Below, in pieces: positions 52,872 through 62,603 of a stretch of 64,000 nt of DNA. Both the position numbers and the translations under genes were made by a program. Below the pieces are notes generated by a model that saw only the letters and a list, made by a program, of their open reading frames with translations, had not been told where the DNA came from and did no database searches. How positions within the stretch are numbered: position 1 is the first letter of the stretch; each line of letters starts with the position of its first letter. Origin of the DNA: an uncultured delta proteobacterium. Lineage in GTDB: Bacteria; Myxococcota; Myxococcia; Myxococcales; Anaeromyxobacteraceae. The DNA lies in NCBI GenBank assembly GCA_963814585.1, contig CAWFDF010000014.1:416001-480000 (forward strand), written 5' to 3'.

Positions 52872-53620
52872 GGCTTCTCCCCCGCGCCGCGCGCGGTCTT
52901 TCGGGCCACCGCGGCGATGGCCGCGGCGATCCGCTCGTACCCCTGCCCCTCGTCGGCCAGCTCCTGCACGTCGCGGAGCGCCGCCGCCCTGGCCGCCTCG
53001 CCGTGGAGACCCCGCGCCTCCACCAGCGCGAGCGCCAGGGCGCGCTCGCGGGCGCCCCGCCGGGCACCCCTGGCCGCCGGCCTGGCCCGGGCCGGTGCCG
53101 GCGGAGGGCCGTCGGGCGGCGGCGCGCCGGCCGTGGCCGGGCTGGCCCGGCCGAGCAGCACCTCGTCGCCCGGGGGCTCGCCCAGCGGCTCACCGGGCCA
53201 GGCCACCTTCCAGAGGGTTCCCCGGTTGTCACGGTGCAACGGCACGACGAAGGCGCCGGCCACCAGCGCATCGAGCACGCGGAGGAGCCTGCGCTCGGAG
53301 AGCCGCAGCCTGGCCATCAGGTCCTTCTTGCCGATTCGGGCCCAGTTGCGCCCCTCGCCCCAGGAGAGCCGGATGAGCTGGAGCCAGGCGGCCTGGGCCT
53401 CGGCCTCGAGCCGCTCGCCGGCGCGGTCGAAGGCGACCAGCGGGATGGGGGCGAACGAGGAGCGGACGCGCGCGGCGCCGAGCAGCTCGCCGCGGAACGG
53501 GAGGCGCCGCAGCTCGCCGGGAGCGAGCGCCTCGGCGGCCACCTCGGCGGCGGCCAGGCGCGCGGTGGGGAGTGCGGCGCTGCCGCGGATCCCCCGGTAA
53601 TAGGCCTCGCCCTTGCCCAC
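52868..53620 (-). CDS. Hypothetical winged-helix DNA-binding protein
   Basis: GGAGG RBS; WLQLIRLSWGEGRNWARIGKKDLMARLRLSERRLLRVLDALV..AFV....DNRGTLWKV. Confidence 0.7.
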   Translation of the reverse strand: MGKGEAYYRGIRGSAALPTARLAAAEVAAEALAPGELRRLPFRGELLGAARVRSSFAPIPLVAFDRAGERLEAEAQAAWLQLIRLSWGEGRNWARIGKKDLMARLRLSERRLLRVLDALVAGAFVVPLHRDNRGTLWKVAWPGEPLGEPPGDEVLLGRASPATAGAPPPDGPPPAPARARPAARGARRGARERALALALVEARGLHGEAARAAALRDVQELADEGQGYERIAAAIAAVARKTARGAGEKP

Positions 53621-53655
53621 CGACCCACCTCCGCCCGTGCCGGCGCCAGGGAGTC

Positions 53656-53683
53656 AGCGTAATCGAGCGATATCGGGGGTCAA
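53656..53683 (-). promoter_or_regulatory. Putative promoter for the winged-helix operon
   Basis: TTGACC-N16-TACGCT. Confidence 0.55.
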
Positions 53684-53693
53684 TTTCCTGGAG

Positions 53694-54212
53694 CTAGATG
53701 AGGCCGCGCGAGCGGCGGAGGAGCTCCACGGTCTTCTGGTACTCGATGTCGAAGGCGGCCGTGCCCTCCTGCAGGTGCTTGAGCCGGGCCCTCGCCTCGC
53801 GGTCGATCTCGTCGTCGACGTCGAGGTGCTTCCGGAAGATGCCGAAGACCTTCTTCCGCAGCAGGTTGTCGTCGGTGAAGACCTCCTCGACGTTCCGGGA
53901 GATCAGCAGCTGCTCGATCATCTGGCCGATGACGTGCTCGATGCCCTCGTCGCCCATGCGGAAGCCCCGCACGTCGGCCATCTCCCGCTTGACGGCGGCG
54001 AAGCGGGACTGGTCGTAGCCGCGCCGCTCCAGCGCCTCGCGAGTCGCGGCGTTCACCCGCTCCTCGAACGAGAGGTACTCCTTCATCACCGACTCCATGT
54101 CCTTCTCGGCGTCGTTGATCCGGAGGGTCTCGACCTCGACGTCCCCGTCCTGCATGAGGGTCTGGACGACCTCGCGGGCGATGGTGGGGATGACCTTGGG
54201 GTAGAGCCGCAT
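53694..54212 (-). CDS. DUF507 family protein
   Basis: MRLYPKVIPTIAREVV..., two internally similar helical halves, C-terminal RGLI. Confidence 0.85.
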   Translation of the reverse strand: MRLYPKVIPTIAREVVQTLMQDGDVEVETLRINDAEKDMESVMKEYLSFEERVNAATREALERRGYDQSRFAAVKREMADVRGFRMGDEGIEHVIGQMIEQLLISRNVEEVFTDDNLLRKKVFGIFRKHLDVDDEIDREARARLKHLQEGTAAFDIEYQKTVELLRRSRGLI

Positions 54213-54293
54213 GTCCGTTTTCCTCGCCTCGACGGCCGCGGCCGACGCCGTGGCCGATGAGCCGGAGCGGGGACCGCGAGTGAAAGGTGAAGC

Positions 54294-54322
54294 CTTGTAG
54301 ACCTCGTCGCCCGGAGGGGCAA
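54294..54322 (-). promoter_or_regulatory. Putative promoter for the DUF507 gene
   Basis: TTGCCC-N17-TACAAG with an AT-rich UP-like tract upstream. Confidence 0.45.
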
Positions 54323-54379
54323 GACAAAACTAACCCTTTCCGGCTCCGTGCATGGCGAGAAAATCGCCCCCGCCCCCCG

Positions 54380-54413
54380 AAAAGCGAAGCGGCGCCCCGA
54401 TGGGGACGCCGCT
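54380..54413 (-). terminator. Intrinsic terminator after fbaB
   Basis: AGCGGCGTCCCC-atc-GGGGCGCCGCT hairpin followed by TCGCTTTT on the minus strand. Confidence 0.7.
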
Positions 54414-54446
54414 CCTGGATCGGGCCTCCCGGGCCGCCGGCGGTCG

Positions 54447-55373
54447 CTAGGCGCCGGCGTGGATCTTCATGACCTCACCGAGCAGCTTGAGCGCCTCGGC
54501 CCGAGGGCGCTGGAAGGCGTTGCGCCCCATGATCGAGCCGAACCCGCCACCCTCGGCGATGCCCCGGATCTCGGCCAGCACCTCGTCCGTCCCCTTGGCC
54601 TCGCCGCCCGAGAAGATGACGATGCGCTTCCCGTTGAAGGCGCTCTGCACCACGTGGCGCACCCGGTCGGCCAGGGTCTTGGTCGGGATCTGGTACTTCT
54701 CGTAGACCTTCTTGGCCTCGGGGTGCTCGACCAGGTCCTTGGGTGGCTTCACCTTGATGATGTGGGAGCCCAGCTGCGCGGCGATCTGGGCGGCATAGGC
54801 GGCGATGTCGACCGCGGTCTCGCCCTCCTTGGAGACGCCGGAGCCACGCGGGTAGCTCCAGGTCACCACCACCAGGCCGTGCGCCTTGGCCTCCTCGGCC
54901 AGCTCGCGCAGCTCCTCGAACTGGGTGTTCCGGGCGTCCGAGGCCGGGTAGATGGTGAAGCCGACGGCGGCGCAGCCGAGGCGCACCGCCTCCTTGACCG
55001 AGCTGGTCATCGCCGAGCAGGGCGCCCCGCCGGTCTTGGTGAGCGAGTCGGAGTTGTTGACCTTGAGGATGAGCGGGAGCTGGCCGGCGTACCTGGCCGC
55101 CACCGCCTCGATGAAGCCGAGCGGTGCCGCATAGGCGTTGCACCCGGCGTCGACGGCCAGCTGGGCGTGGTAGTCGGGATCGTAGCCGTCCGGGTTGGGT
55201 GCGAAGGAGCGGGCCGGTCCGTGCTCGAAGCCCTGGTCGACCGGGAGGATCACCAGCTTCCCGGTGCCGGCGAGCCGGCCGGTGTTGAGCAGCCGGTAGA
55301 GGTTGGCGAGGGTCCCGGGGCTGTCGGAGCCGTACCAGGAAAGGATCTGCTTCACTCGCTCGGTCATCGCCAT
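54447..55373 (-). CDS. fbaB: Class I fructose-bisphosphate aldolase (DhnA type)
   Basis: ILPVDQGFEHGP, WSYPRG, HIIKVK, FSGG, GSIMGRNAFQ. Confidence 0.93.
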   Translation of the reverse strand: MAMTERVKQILSWYGSDSPGTLANLYRLLNTGRLAGTGKLVILPVDQGFEHGPARSFAPNPDGYDPDYHAQLAVDAGCNAYAAPLGFIEAVAARYAGQLPLILKVNNSDSLTKTGGAPCSAMTSSVKEAVRLGCAAVGFTIYPASDARNTQFEELRELAEEAKAHGLVVVTWSYPRGSGVSKEGETAVDIAAYAAQIAAQLGSHIIKVKPPKDLVEHPEAKKVYEKYQIPTKTLADRVRHVVQSAFNGKRIVIFSGGEAKGTDEVLAEIRGIAEGGGFGSIMGRNAFQRPRAEALKLLGEVMKIHAGA

Positions 55374-55464
55374 CGTGCGTGCTCCAGCGTGGGAGGTGGG
55401 CGGAATCCGGGGCGAGACGGCCCCGTGGAAAGGAAGCGCATCTTCCGGCCACGCGGCGCAGGAA

Positions 55465-58400
55465 TCAAGGGGGATCGAGGGGCGGGCCCGGCGGAGCGTC
55501 ATGCTCCTCCTCGGCCGACCGCGGCGGGGCGCGGCCCGGCTGGTGGCAGCGCGCGGCGAAGCCACACCCTTCCTCCAGGCAGCGCGCCTCGTCGCGTCCG
55601 AGCTCGGCGGGCGTGCGATCCCCGCCGCCGCTCGAGAGGTCCCGGGCCTGGACGGGTGCGGCCCGCGCCAGCGCGACCAGATCCTCCGGCGCGGGCGTCA
55701 CGTCGAGGCTGGAGAAGTCCCCGCGCAGGAACTGGAGGCGCGCCTCCACCGGGGCGCCGCCGCTGGCCCGCGAGGCGGCCAGCGCGTAGGCCGCCAGCTG
55801 GACCCGGTACCAATCCGCCGAGCCCGGGCGGGGCAGCGCGAACTTGTAGTCCAGGACCAGCAGCCGCTCGCCCCGGCGAGGTGCCACCAGCGCGTCGATG
55901 GCGCCGTCGAGGTAGCAGCCGGGCAGCCCGTGCCCCGCGTCACCGTCCAGGCGAAGCAGGAACGGGAGCTCGCGGCGGAGCCGGCCCTCCACCGCCGCCT
56001 CGGAGAGCGCCAGCCCCGGCGCCGAGCCGAGGAAGCGGGTCACCTCGTCGCGGATCCGGACCACGCCCCCGTCGTCTGGATCGTAGCCGCGCCGCGCCGC
56101 CACCGCCGCCAGCTGGGCCCGCCGCTCCAGCGGCGGGGCCGCCAGGTCGACCTCGGCCAGCATGGCGTGGGCCAGCGTGCCTCGCGAGGTGGCCCGGGCC
56201 GGATCGTCGTCGGTGGCGCCGCCGTGCAGCCCGGCCGGCTCCACCAGCCCGAGCACGCTCATCAGGTGGTGGCGGCGCGGGCAGCGGGCGAACTCGGCCA
56301 GCTCGGTCACCGCCAGGCGGATGGGCGCGGGAGGCACCGGCGCGGCGAGCCTGGGCGGCGCCAGGTCCACGGCGCCCGGCGGCGCGACGGCGGCCGGCGC
56401 CTCGAGCGGCGGACCTTGCCTGGCCACCGCCGCCTCGGCGAGCGGGATCCGCAGGAGCCGCCCGGCGTCGGCTCCGACCGAGGACTCCAGCAGGCCGCGC
56501 CACCCCGGGAAGGTGCGCGACCCGTCCTTCCTCGGCCGGCCCTCGCCGGAGAGGACCAGCAGGTCGCGGGCCCGGGTGAGCGCCACGTAGAGGAGCCGGC
56601 GCGACTCGGCCTCGCCGGCCCTCCTGGCCTCGTGGCGCGCCGCCTCCAGCGACGGCGTCCGGACGAACTCGGCCGACGCGACGTCGAACCAGTCGGCGCA
56701 GAGGCTGCCGCCGGAGTCGATGCGGGCCCGCCCGGCGTCGCTCCGCGCCGGCGCCGCCAGGTCGGGGAGGAGGACGACCGGCCACTCCAGCCCCTTGGCG
56801 GCGTGGATGGAGAGGAGCGTCACCGCGTCGGCGGCGTCGAGGTCGGCCTCCGGCTCGCGCGGCGGCCGGCCCGCGAGCCACCGCAGCCGGGCCGCCAGCT
56901 CGGCGGCCGTGCCGCCCCGCTCGCCGAAGCTCCGGGCCAGCGTGAGCGCCTTCTCGAGGTTGGCCCGGCGCCGCTCTCCGTCGGGACCGGCCGCCAGCGC
57001 CACGTCGAGATCGAGCGCCTCCACGGCGCGGCGGAGCAGGTCGCCGGGCGGCAGCCGGTCCCGGAGGGGCCGGAGCGACCGCCACGCCGCCAGGAACCGG
57101 TCGAGCCGGCGCCGCTCGCCGCCGGCCATGGCGAGCCCGTCCAGCCGGGTCCTGGTGGCGGCGTGGAGCGAGGCCAGCGGAAGCCCCGACAGGAGCAGCA
57201 GGGTCGAGTCGGAGACGGCACAGAGCGGCGAGCGGAGCAGCGCCGCCCAGGCCAGCTCGTCGCCCGGGTCGGTGAGGCTGGCCAGCAGCTCGCCGAGGTC
57301 GCGCACCTCCGGCGCCTGGTGGAAGGCGCCGCGAGCCAGCCTCACCGGGACGCCGGCGGCCCGCAGCGCGCGCTCGTAGACGCCGAGGGCGGTGGTGCGG
57401 CGGAGGAGGATGGCCACGTCCGAGTACCGAGGCCGCCGAGGCCGCTCCAGCAGGTCGCTCCCCCGCTCCATCACCGGCACCCCGGCCTGCCCGGAGACCA
57501 GCGCCTGGATCCGGGCCGCCAGGGCCTCCGCCTCCCGGGTGCGCCGCTCGGCCCCGCTCCCCGGGCCGCCGTCGTCGAGGAGCTCGGCGGCCCGCGCCGG
57601 CGCCGCGGGGCGCCGGGCGATCAGCCGGTCCGCCGGCCCGAAGGCGATCTCGAACGGCCGCGGCGCCTCGCCGGGCGGCGGCTGGAGCACCTGGTGGGAG
57701 ACCTGGTTGACCAGCTCGACCACCGCCGGCGTGGAGCGGTGGTTGTCGGTGAGGTGCAGCACCCGGCCGGCGCCGGCGCCGAACCGCTCCACCACGCCGG
57801 CGAACACGCCCACGTCGGCGCCGCGGAAGCCGTAGATCGACTGCTTCAGGTCGCCCACCGCCACCGCGACGGGGCCGGGCGGCAGGCCCTCGCGCGGCGC
57901 GGTGAGCAGCTCGAAGATGGCCTGCTGGACGCCGTTGACGTCCTGGTACTCGTCCACCAGCAGGGCCCGCAGCCGCCCGCGCAGCTCGGCGAGGACGGCC
58001 GGGTTCCCCGCCAGCAGGTCGCGGGTGGCCGTGAGCAGGCCGTCGAAGTCGAGCCCGCGCACCGCCCGGCAGGCCTCGGCGTAGCGCCGCTCGGCCTCGC
58101 CCACCAGCCTGGCCAGCTCCTCGCGCTGGGGGAGCCCGTGGGCCTCGGCGGCCAGCGCCGGCAGCGCCCGCCCCTGCGCCTCGAGGGCCTCGCAGGCGGC
58201 CTTGAGCCGCTCCATCCCCCGGCCTCGCGCCCCCGGCCTCGCCGCCGCGCCGAGCGCAGCCAGCCGCGCCAGCGCCGCCGGCGTCGGCGGCCCCAGCCGA
58301 TCTCCGTCCTCGACCACCTCGAGGGCCCGCGCCACGCGCTCCACCACCGCCTCCGCCGTGGCCGTCCGCGCCTCGGCGCGCGCCGCCACCACCTCGCCGG

Positions 58401-59040
58401 CGGCCTCGAGCAGGGCCCGCCTCGCCGCCTCGACCGCCGCTCCCGACCCCTCGGCCACCGGCTGCCGGCCGCGGAGCCCTCGAACCGACCGCTCGCCGAC
58501 CAGCGCCGCCACCAGCGAGGTGAGCTCGCCGGCCCCGAGCCCGGCACACAGCGCGAGGGCGTCCGGGCGCCGGGCGTCGAGCGCCGCCACCACGGCGCCT
58601 CTCGACGCCTCCTCGAGGATCGGCGGCGCGCTCGACTCGTCGAGCACGTCGAACTCGGGGTCGAGCCCGGCCTCCAGCGCCCGCTCGCGCAGCAGCCGCC
58701 CGCAGAAGTTGTGGATGGTGCCAATCGCCATCCGGTCGAGGCCGCGCCGCCGCTCGGTCCAGGCCGCCGCCTCCGGCCCGCCGGCGGCGCGACGCGCCCG
58801 CCGCGCCACCGACGCCCGCAGCCGCTCCACCAGCTCGGCGGCCGCCTTCTCGGTGAAGGTGATGGCGGCCACCTCGCCGGGATCGAGCGGCGTCCCGGTG
58901 GCCTCGCCGGAGAGCAGCCGGACGCAGAGCTCGACCAGCGCCGTGGTCTTGCCGGAGCCGGCGCCGGCCGAGACGGCGGTGGCGCCCTGCAGGTCGAAGA
59001 GCGCCCGCGCCGCCTCGGGCCAGGTCGGCTCCCAGCTCAC
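55465..59040 (-). CDS. addA: AddA-like UvrD helicase-nuclease
   Basis: SAGAGSGKT, TFTEKAA, TIHNFC, DEYQD, VGDLKQSIYGFRGAD, SIHAAKGLEW, RRLLYVALTRA, nuclease GAID...DYK...QLAAY. Confidence 0.92.
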   Translation of the reverse strand: MSWEPTWPEAARALFDLQGATAVSAGAGSGKTTALVELCVRLLSGEATGTPLDPGEVAAITFTEKAAAELVERLRASVARRARRAAGGPEAAAWTERRRGLDRMAIGTIHNFCGRLLRERALEAGLDPEFDVLDESSAPPILEEASRGAVVAALDARRPDALALCAGLGAGELTSLVAALVGERSVRGLRGRQPVAEGSGAAVEAARRALLEAAGEVVAARAEARTATAEAVVERVARALEVVEDGDRLGPPTPAALARLAALGAAARPGARGRGMERLKAACEALEAQGRALPALAAEAHGLPQREELARLVGEAERRYAEACRAVRGLDFDGLLTATRDLLAGNPAVLAELRGRLRALLVDEYQDVNGVQQAIFELLTAPREGLPPGPVAVAVGDLKQSIYGFRGADVGVFAGVVERFGAGAGRVLHLTDNHRSTPAVVELVNQVSHQVLQPPPGEAPRPFEIAFGPADRLIARRPAAPARAAELLDDGGPGSGAERRTREAEALAARIQALVSGQAGVPVMERGSDLLERPRRPRYSDVAILLRRTTALGVYERALRAAGVPVRLARGAFHQAPEVRDLGELLASLTDPGDELAWAALLRSPLCAVSDSTLLLLSGLPLASLHAATRTRLDGLAMAGGERRRLDRFLAAWRSLRPLRDRLPPGDLLRRAVEALDLDVALAAGPDGERRRANLEKALTLARSFGERGGTAAELAARLRWLAGRPPREPEADLDAADAVTLLSIHAAKGLEWPVVLLPDLAAPARSDAGRARIDSGGSLCADWFDVASAEFVRTPSLEAARHEARRAGEAESRRLLYVALTRARDLLVLSGEGRPRKDGSRTFPGWRGLLESSVGADAGRLLRIPLAEAAVARQGPPLEAPAAVAPPGAVDLAPPRLAAPVPPAPIRLAVTELAEFARCPRRHHLMSVLGLVEPAGLHGGATDDDPARATSRGTLAHAMLAEVDLAAPPLERRAQLAAVAARRGYDPDDGGVVRIRDEVTRFLGSAPGLALSEAAVEGRLRRELPFLLRLDGDAGHGLPGCYLDGAIDALVAPRRGERLLVLDYKFALPRPGSADWYRVQLAAYALAASRASGGAPVEARLQFLRGDFSSLDVTPAPEDLVALARAAPVQARDLSSGGGDRTPAELGRDEARCLEEGCGFAARCHQPGRAPPRSAEEEHDAPPGPPLDPP

Positions 59041-62000
59041 GGGGTCCCCTCCCCGTCGGGGTCGCCCAGCAGCGCGGCCTCTCCCTCGAACCGGCAGACG
59101 GCACCGAACTCGCAGCGCTGGCAGTCCCGGCTGGCGATCGGCAGCGTCCCGCGCCGGACCCGCCGGACCGCCTCCACGACGCTCCGGGCCAGCGCCGGCT
59201 CGTCCGGCCGGCCCACCACCGGCTCGAGCTGCTCGGCGCTGCGCAGCAGCAGGTACGTGGCGGCCGGCATCCGGCCCGGCAGCGCCCGCTCGGCCGCCAG
59301 CAGGTAGAGCGGCACCTGGAAGCTGGTGACGCCGAAGGCCTCGGGCGCCAGCAGCTTCTGGTGGCGGCCGGCGTCGTTGCCGCTCTTGTAGTCGATCACC
59401 AGCAGCCGCCCCGGAGCCGCGTCGACCCGGTCGATCCGACCCTGCAGCCGGACCCTCTCCCCATCGGCCGACAGCTCCAGCGGCGGGATCGGCGACTGGC
59501 CGCCGAACTGGTGCTCGAGCAGCGTGGGCGTGAGACCGCCGCCTCGGCTCGCCTCGGACTCGACCACCCGTGTCAGCCGGGCCAGCGTCGCCTCGCGCCG
59601 CGAGGCCCAGACCGCCGGGTCGCCCACCTTGCCGTGGCGCTCGAACTCGCCGAAGACGGCCAGCGCCACCTCGCGGGCCTCGGCCCGGGCGGCCGGCCCG
59701 GCGGCCGGCGGCCAGGCGCCTCGCTCGGCGCGCCCCCTCACCCAGCGCTCCAGCACGGCGTGGAGCAGGCGCCCCTCGTCGCGGGCGTCGATGTCGAGAC
59801 CGGCCTCCGCCGCCTCGCGCAGCCCCGCCCCGGTGGTGAGCAGGAACCGGAAGGGGCAGCGGGCCAGGTTCTCGAGCTGGTGCGCCGACCACTCGGACGG
59901 GAGCTCCCCGGCCAGTCGCTCCAGCCCTGGCCCGGAGATGGCCCCGGCCCAGGGTGACGGCCGGCCAGACAGCACCGCCTCGCGCCGCTCCCGCTCGATG
60001 GCGCCGATCGCCAGCGCCTCGCTGGCCCGCTCCGCCAGACCCACCCCGGCCAGCGCCGCGACCGCGTCCTGCGCGCCTCCAGCCCGCGCCAGCCCGGCGG
60101 CCGCCAGCAGGGCTTCACGATCCGTGCGAGACCCGGCGAGCGACGGCGCCGGCGCCGGATCCGGCAGGGCCACCCCGGCCTCCTCCAGCGCCTGCGCCAG
60201 CAGCGGCGAGGGTTCGCCGCCGCCGGACGGGCCCGGACCGGGCCAGAGCACCGCCAGCCGCTCCCGCCCGGCCGCCACGGCGCAGGCGGCCTGGTGGAAG
60301 GCCTCGGCGCGCCGGACCGCGGCGGTGGCCAGCGCGCCGCGTCGCAGCAGCCCGTTCAAGGCCTGCCGCTCCGGCTCCCGGAGCAGCGGCTCGGCCGCGG
60401 CGGGTGCCGGCACCGCGCCGGCGACGCAGCCGACCAGGATGGCCGCCCGCGCCAATCGCCCCGGGGCCTCGGAGAAGGCCGTGAGCTCGACGGCCTCGCC
60501 GCAGGGCTCGCGCCCGCCCCGGAGCGCGGCCCGGTCGACCGCCAGCGTCAGCAGCTGCCGCCAGGTCACGGCGGCGAGCCGCTCGCCGCTCCGCCCCAGC
60601 ATGGTGAGGGCGCGCACCAGGTGGTCGGCCGTCTCCTCGAGCGCCGAGAGCGCGGCCAGGTCGCGGCTGGCGCCCGCGGCCTCGCCCTGTCCCGCCTGGC
60701 GTCGCAGCCCCGACCCTTCGAGGAAGGCGGTGAGGCGGGAGGCGTGGCCCGCCGCCGTGGCGTCGCCGGAGAGCGGCCGCAGCCGCGCCACCAGCGAGGC
60801 CAGGCCGTCGGCGGCGCGCCCCAGCGCCTCCCGCTCCCGGCTGGCCCAGGGGCCGCCGAGCGCCTCGGCGCGGCGCCGCAGGCGCGCCTCGGGGTCGCCT
60901 CGCCCGTCGAGCGCCCCGGCGGCGTCGAGCCACCGGCCCAGCCGAGGTCCCAGCCCCGAGGTGACGAGGTAGGTGGAGCCGGCCAGCCGCTCCAGGGTCC
61001 GACAATCCCGGGCGCCCCCCGCCACGCCCAGCGCAGCCAGCACCACGGCCACCGGAGGCGAGTCGGCGAGCGCGCCGGAGCGCCCGCTGGCGAAAGGCAC
61101 CCCCTCGGCGGCGAAGGCGGCGGCCAGGAGCGGGGCCGAGCGGCGCGGCGCTGGCGCGAAGACCACCACCTCCGACGGCGGGACCCCGCCGGCGACGAAG
61201 GCCGCCGCCGTCCGCGCCGCCAGCGCCGCCTCGCCTGCCTCGCCGGCGCCCGCCAGGGCCAGCAGCTCCCCCTCGACGGCCGCGCCGCCGGCGGGCGATC
61301 CGGAGAGCGCCGCCAGCAGCGCCGACGGCCGCGCCGCCCGCGCCGGATCGTCGACGCGGGAGAGCGACACCTCGAGCTCCCGCCGGCCGGAGAGCTCGTG
61401 CAGCGCCTCGACCCGGCGCAGCAGCGGCTCGGCGGCGCTCGAGAGGGCCGGGGCGTCGGCGAAGAGCGGGAGCTGGAAGCGGGTCCGTCGCGCCCGGGCG
61501 GCCAGCGCCTCCAGCAGCGACCACTCGCCGGGCGGGAGCGTGGTGAAGCCGTCGAGGAGCAGGAGCTCGAGCTCTCCGCCATCGTCGACGCCCACGCCGC
61601 GGCGGACCGCCTCCGCGGCGGCCCGCGCCGCGCCCGGCCCGTCCAGCACGCCGAGCCGGGCGAGCCGGGCCTCGAAGGCGTCCAGCGCGCGGGCCAGGGC
61701 GCCGAGCCGCTCGGCGGCGGCCCCGGGCAGCGAGCCCGCCGCCAGGCGCGCCGCGCCGGACGGCACCTCGCCCCGCCGCAGCTCGGAGAGGGTGGCGGCC
61801 AGGGCCCCGGCCAGGCCGCTGCCGGGCTGGAGCCCGGCCAGCGGTCCGCCCGCCTCGTTCCCCGCCTCGACCGCCAGCAGCCGCTCGCCGAGCGGGGTCA
61901 GGACGGCGCGCCGGTCGCCCGCCGACGCCAGGAGCCGGCTGGCCAGCGCGTCGAGGGTGGTGACGGTGGGGCCGAAGAGCAGCCCCCCGCCCGCGTCGCA

Positions 62001-62060
62001 GAGCCGGCGAGCCGCGCGGGCCGCCTGGAGCGCGGAGGGGACGACGACGAGGGCGGGCAC
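59037..62060 (-). CDS. addB: AddB-like inactive helicase with PD-(D/E)xK Fe-S nuclease
   Basis: LDGF, SAHQLENLARCPF, GRIDRVD, IDYKSG, QVPLY, CQRCEFGAVC; coupled to addA by GTGA. Confidence 0.88.
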   Translation of the reverse strand: MPALVVVPSALQAARAARRLCDAGGGLLFGPTVTTLDALASRLLASAGDRRAVLTPLGERLLAVEAGNEAGGPLAGLQPGSGLAGALAATLSELRRGEVPSGAARLAAGSLPGAAAERLGALARALDAFEARLARLGVLDGPGAARAAAEAVRRGVGVDDGGELELLLLDGFTTLPPGEWSLLEALAARARRTRFQLPLFADAPALSSAAEPLLRRVEALHELSGRRELEVSLSRVDDPARAARPSALLAALSGSPAGGAAVEGELLALAGAGEAGEAALAARTAAAFVAGGVPPSEVVVFAPAPRRSAPLLAAAFAAEGVPFASGRSGALADSPPVAVVLAALGVAGGARDCRTLERLAGSTYLVTSGLGPRLGRWLDAAGALDGRGDPEARLRRRAEALGGPWASREREALGRAADGLASLVARLRPLSGDATAAGHASRLTAFLEGSGLRRQAGQGEAAGASRDLAALSALEETADHLVRALTMLGRSGERLAAVTWRQLLTLAVDRAALRGGREPCGEAVELTAFSEAPGRLARAAILVGCVAGAVPAPAAAEPLLREPERQALNGLLRRGALATAAVRRAEAFHQAACAVAAGRERLAVLWPGPGPSGGGEPSPLLAQALEEAGVALPDPAPAPSLAGSRTDREALLAAAGLARAGGAQDAVAALAGVGLAERASEALAIGAIERERREAVLSGRPSPWAGAISGPGLERLAGELPSEWSAHQLENLARCPFRFLLTTGAGLREAAEAGLDIDARDEGRLLHAVLERWVRGRAERGAWPPAAGPAARAEAREVALAVFGEFERHGKVGDPAVWASRREATLARLTRVVESEASRGGGLTPTLLEHQFGGQSPIPPLELSADGERVRLQGRIDRVDAAPGRLLVIDYKSGNDAGRHQKLLAPEAFGVTSFQVPLYLLAAERALPGRMPAATYLLLRSAEQLEPVVGRPDEPALARSVVEAVRRVRRGTLPIASRDCQRCEFGAVCRFEGEAALLGDPDGEGTP

Positions 62061-62226
62061 GCGAGGCACCCTAGCTGCCGGCCCTGACGAATGACAATCC
62101 CCCGCCTTGCCGGGAGCGAGTGGCGCGCGGGATGATCGACCGCGCCGTGGCCGACGCCTCGTCGGCCACGCTGAGCAGAGCCCAGACCCAGGCAAGATGC
62201 CTGGGCCGGGGCACGAGGGAGCCCGC

Positions 62227-62598
62227 ATGCACAAGAGCCGACTCGCCGGCTTCATCATCGACTGCCAGGGACCGGACCTCGACGGCGCCGCCCGCTTCTG
62301 GAGCGGGGCGCTGGGGTTGAAGGAGGCGGGCCGGGAGGGGGACCTCTACGAGCGGCTCGACGCCTCGGCCCGGGACATCCACGTCGAGGTGCAGCGCGTG
62401 GACCACCCGAGCCGGGTGCACCTCGACATCGAGACCGACGATCTCGACGCCGAGGTGGCCCGCCTGGAGGCGCTGGGGGCGCGGCGGGTCGCGTTCGTGC
62501 AGCGCTGGTGGGTGATGGAGGCCCCCACCGGCCAGCGCTTCTGCGTGGTGCGGCACCACGGCTGGGAAGGCAAGGCCGACGTTCACGCCTGGCCGTAG
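62227..62598 (+). CDS. VOC family protein (Glyoxalase_6 type)
   Basis: MHKSRLAGFIIDC, FWSGALG, HPSRVHLDIETDD, APTGQRFCVV. Confidence 0.9.
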   Translation: MHKSRLAGFIIDCQGPDLDGAARFWSGALGLKEAGREGDLYERLDASARDIHVEVQRVDHPSRVHLDIETDDLDAEVARLEALGARRVAFVQRWWVMEAPTGQRFCVVRHHGWEGKADVHAWP

Positions 62599-62603
62599 CG
62601 AGG

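Noticed and set aside
54213..54446. Structured ncRNA or c-di-GMP riboswitch upstream of DUF507
   Set aside because: No recognisable aptamer consensus; a terminator and a promoter account for the region. An Rfam scan would settle it
59037..59900. Cas4 or defence nuclease
   Set aside because: The 4-Cys PD-(D/E)xK domain is the C-terminus of an AddB-like protein coupled to addA
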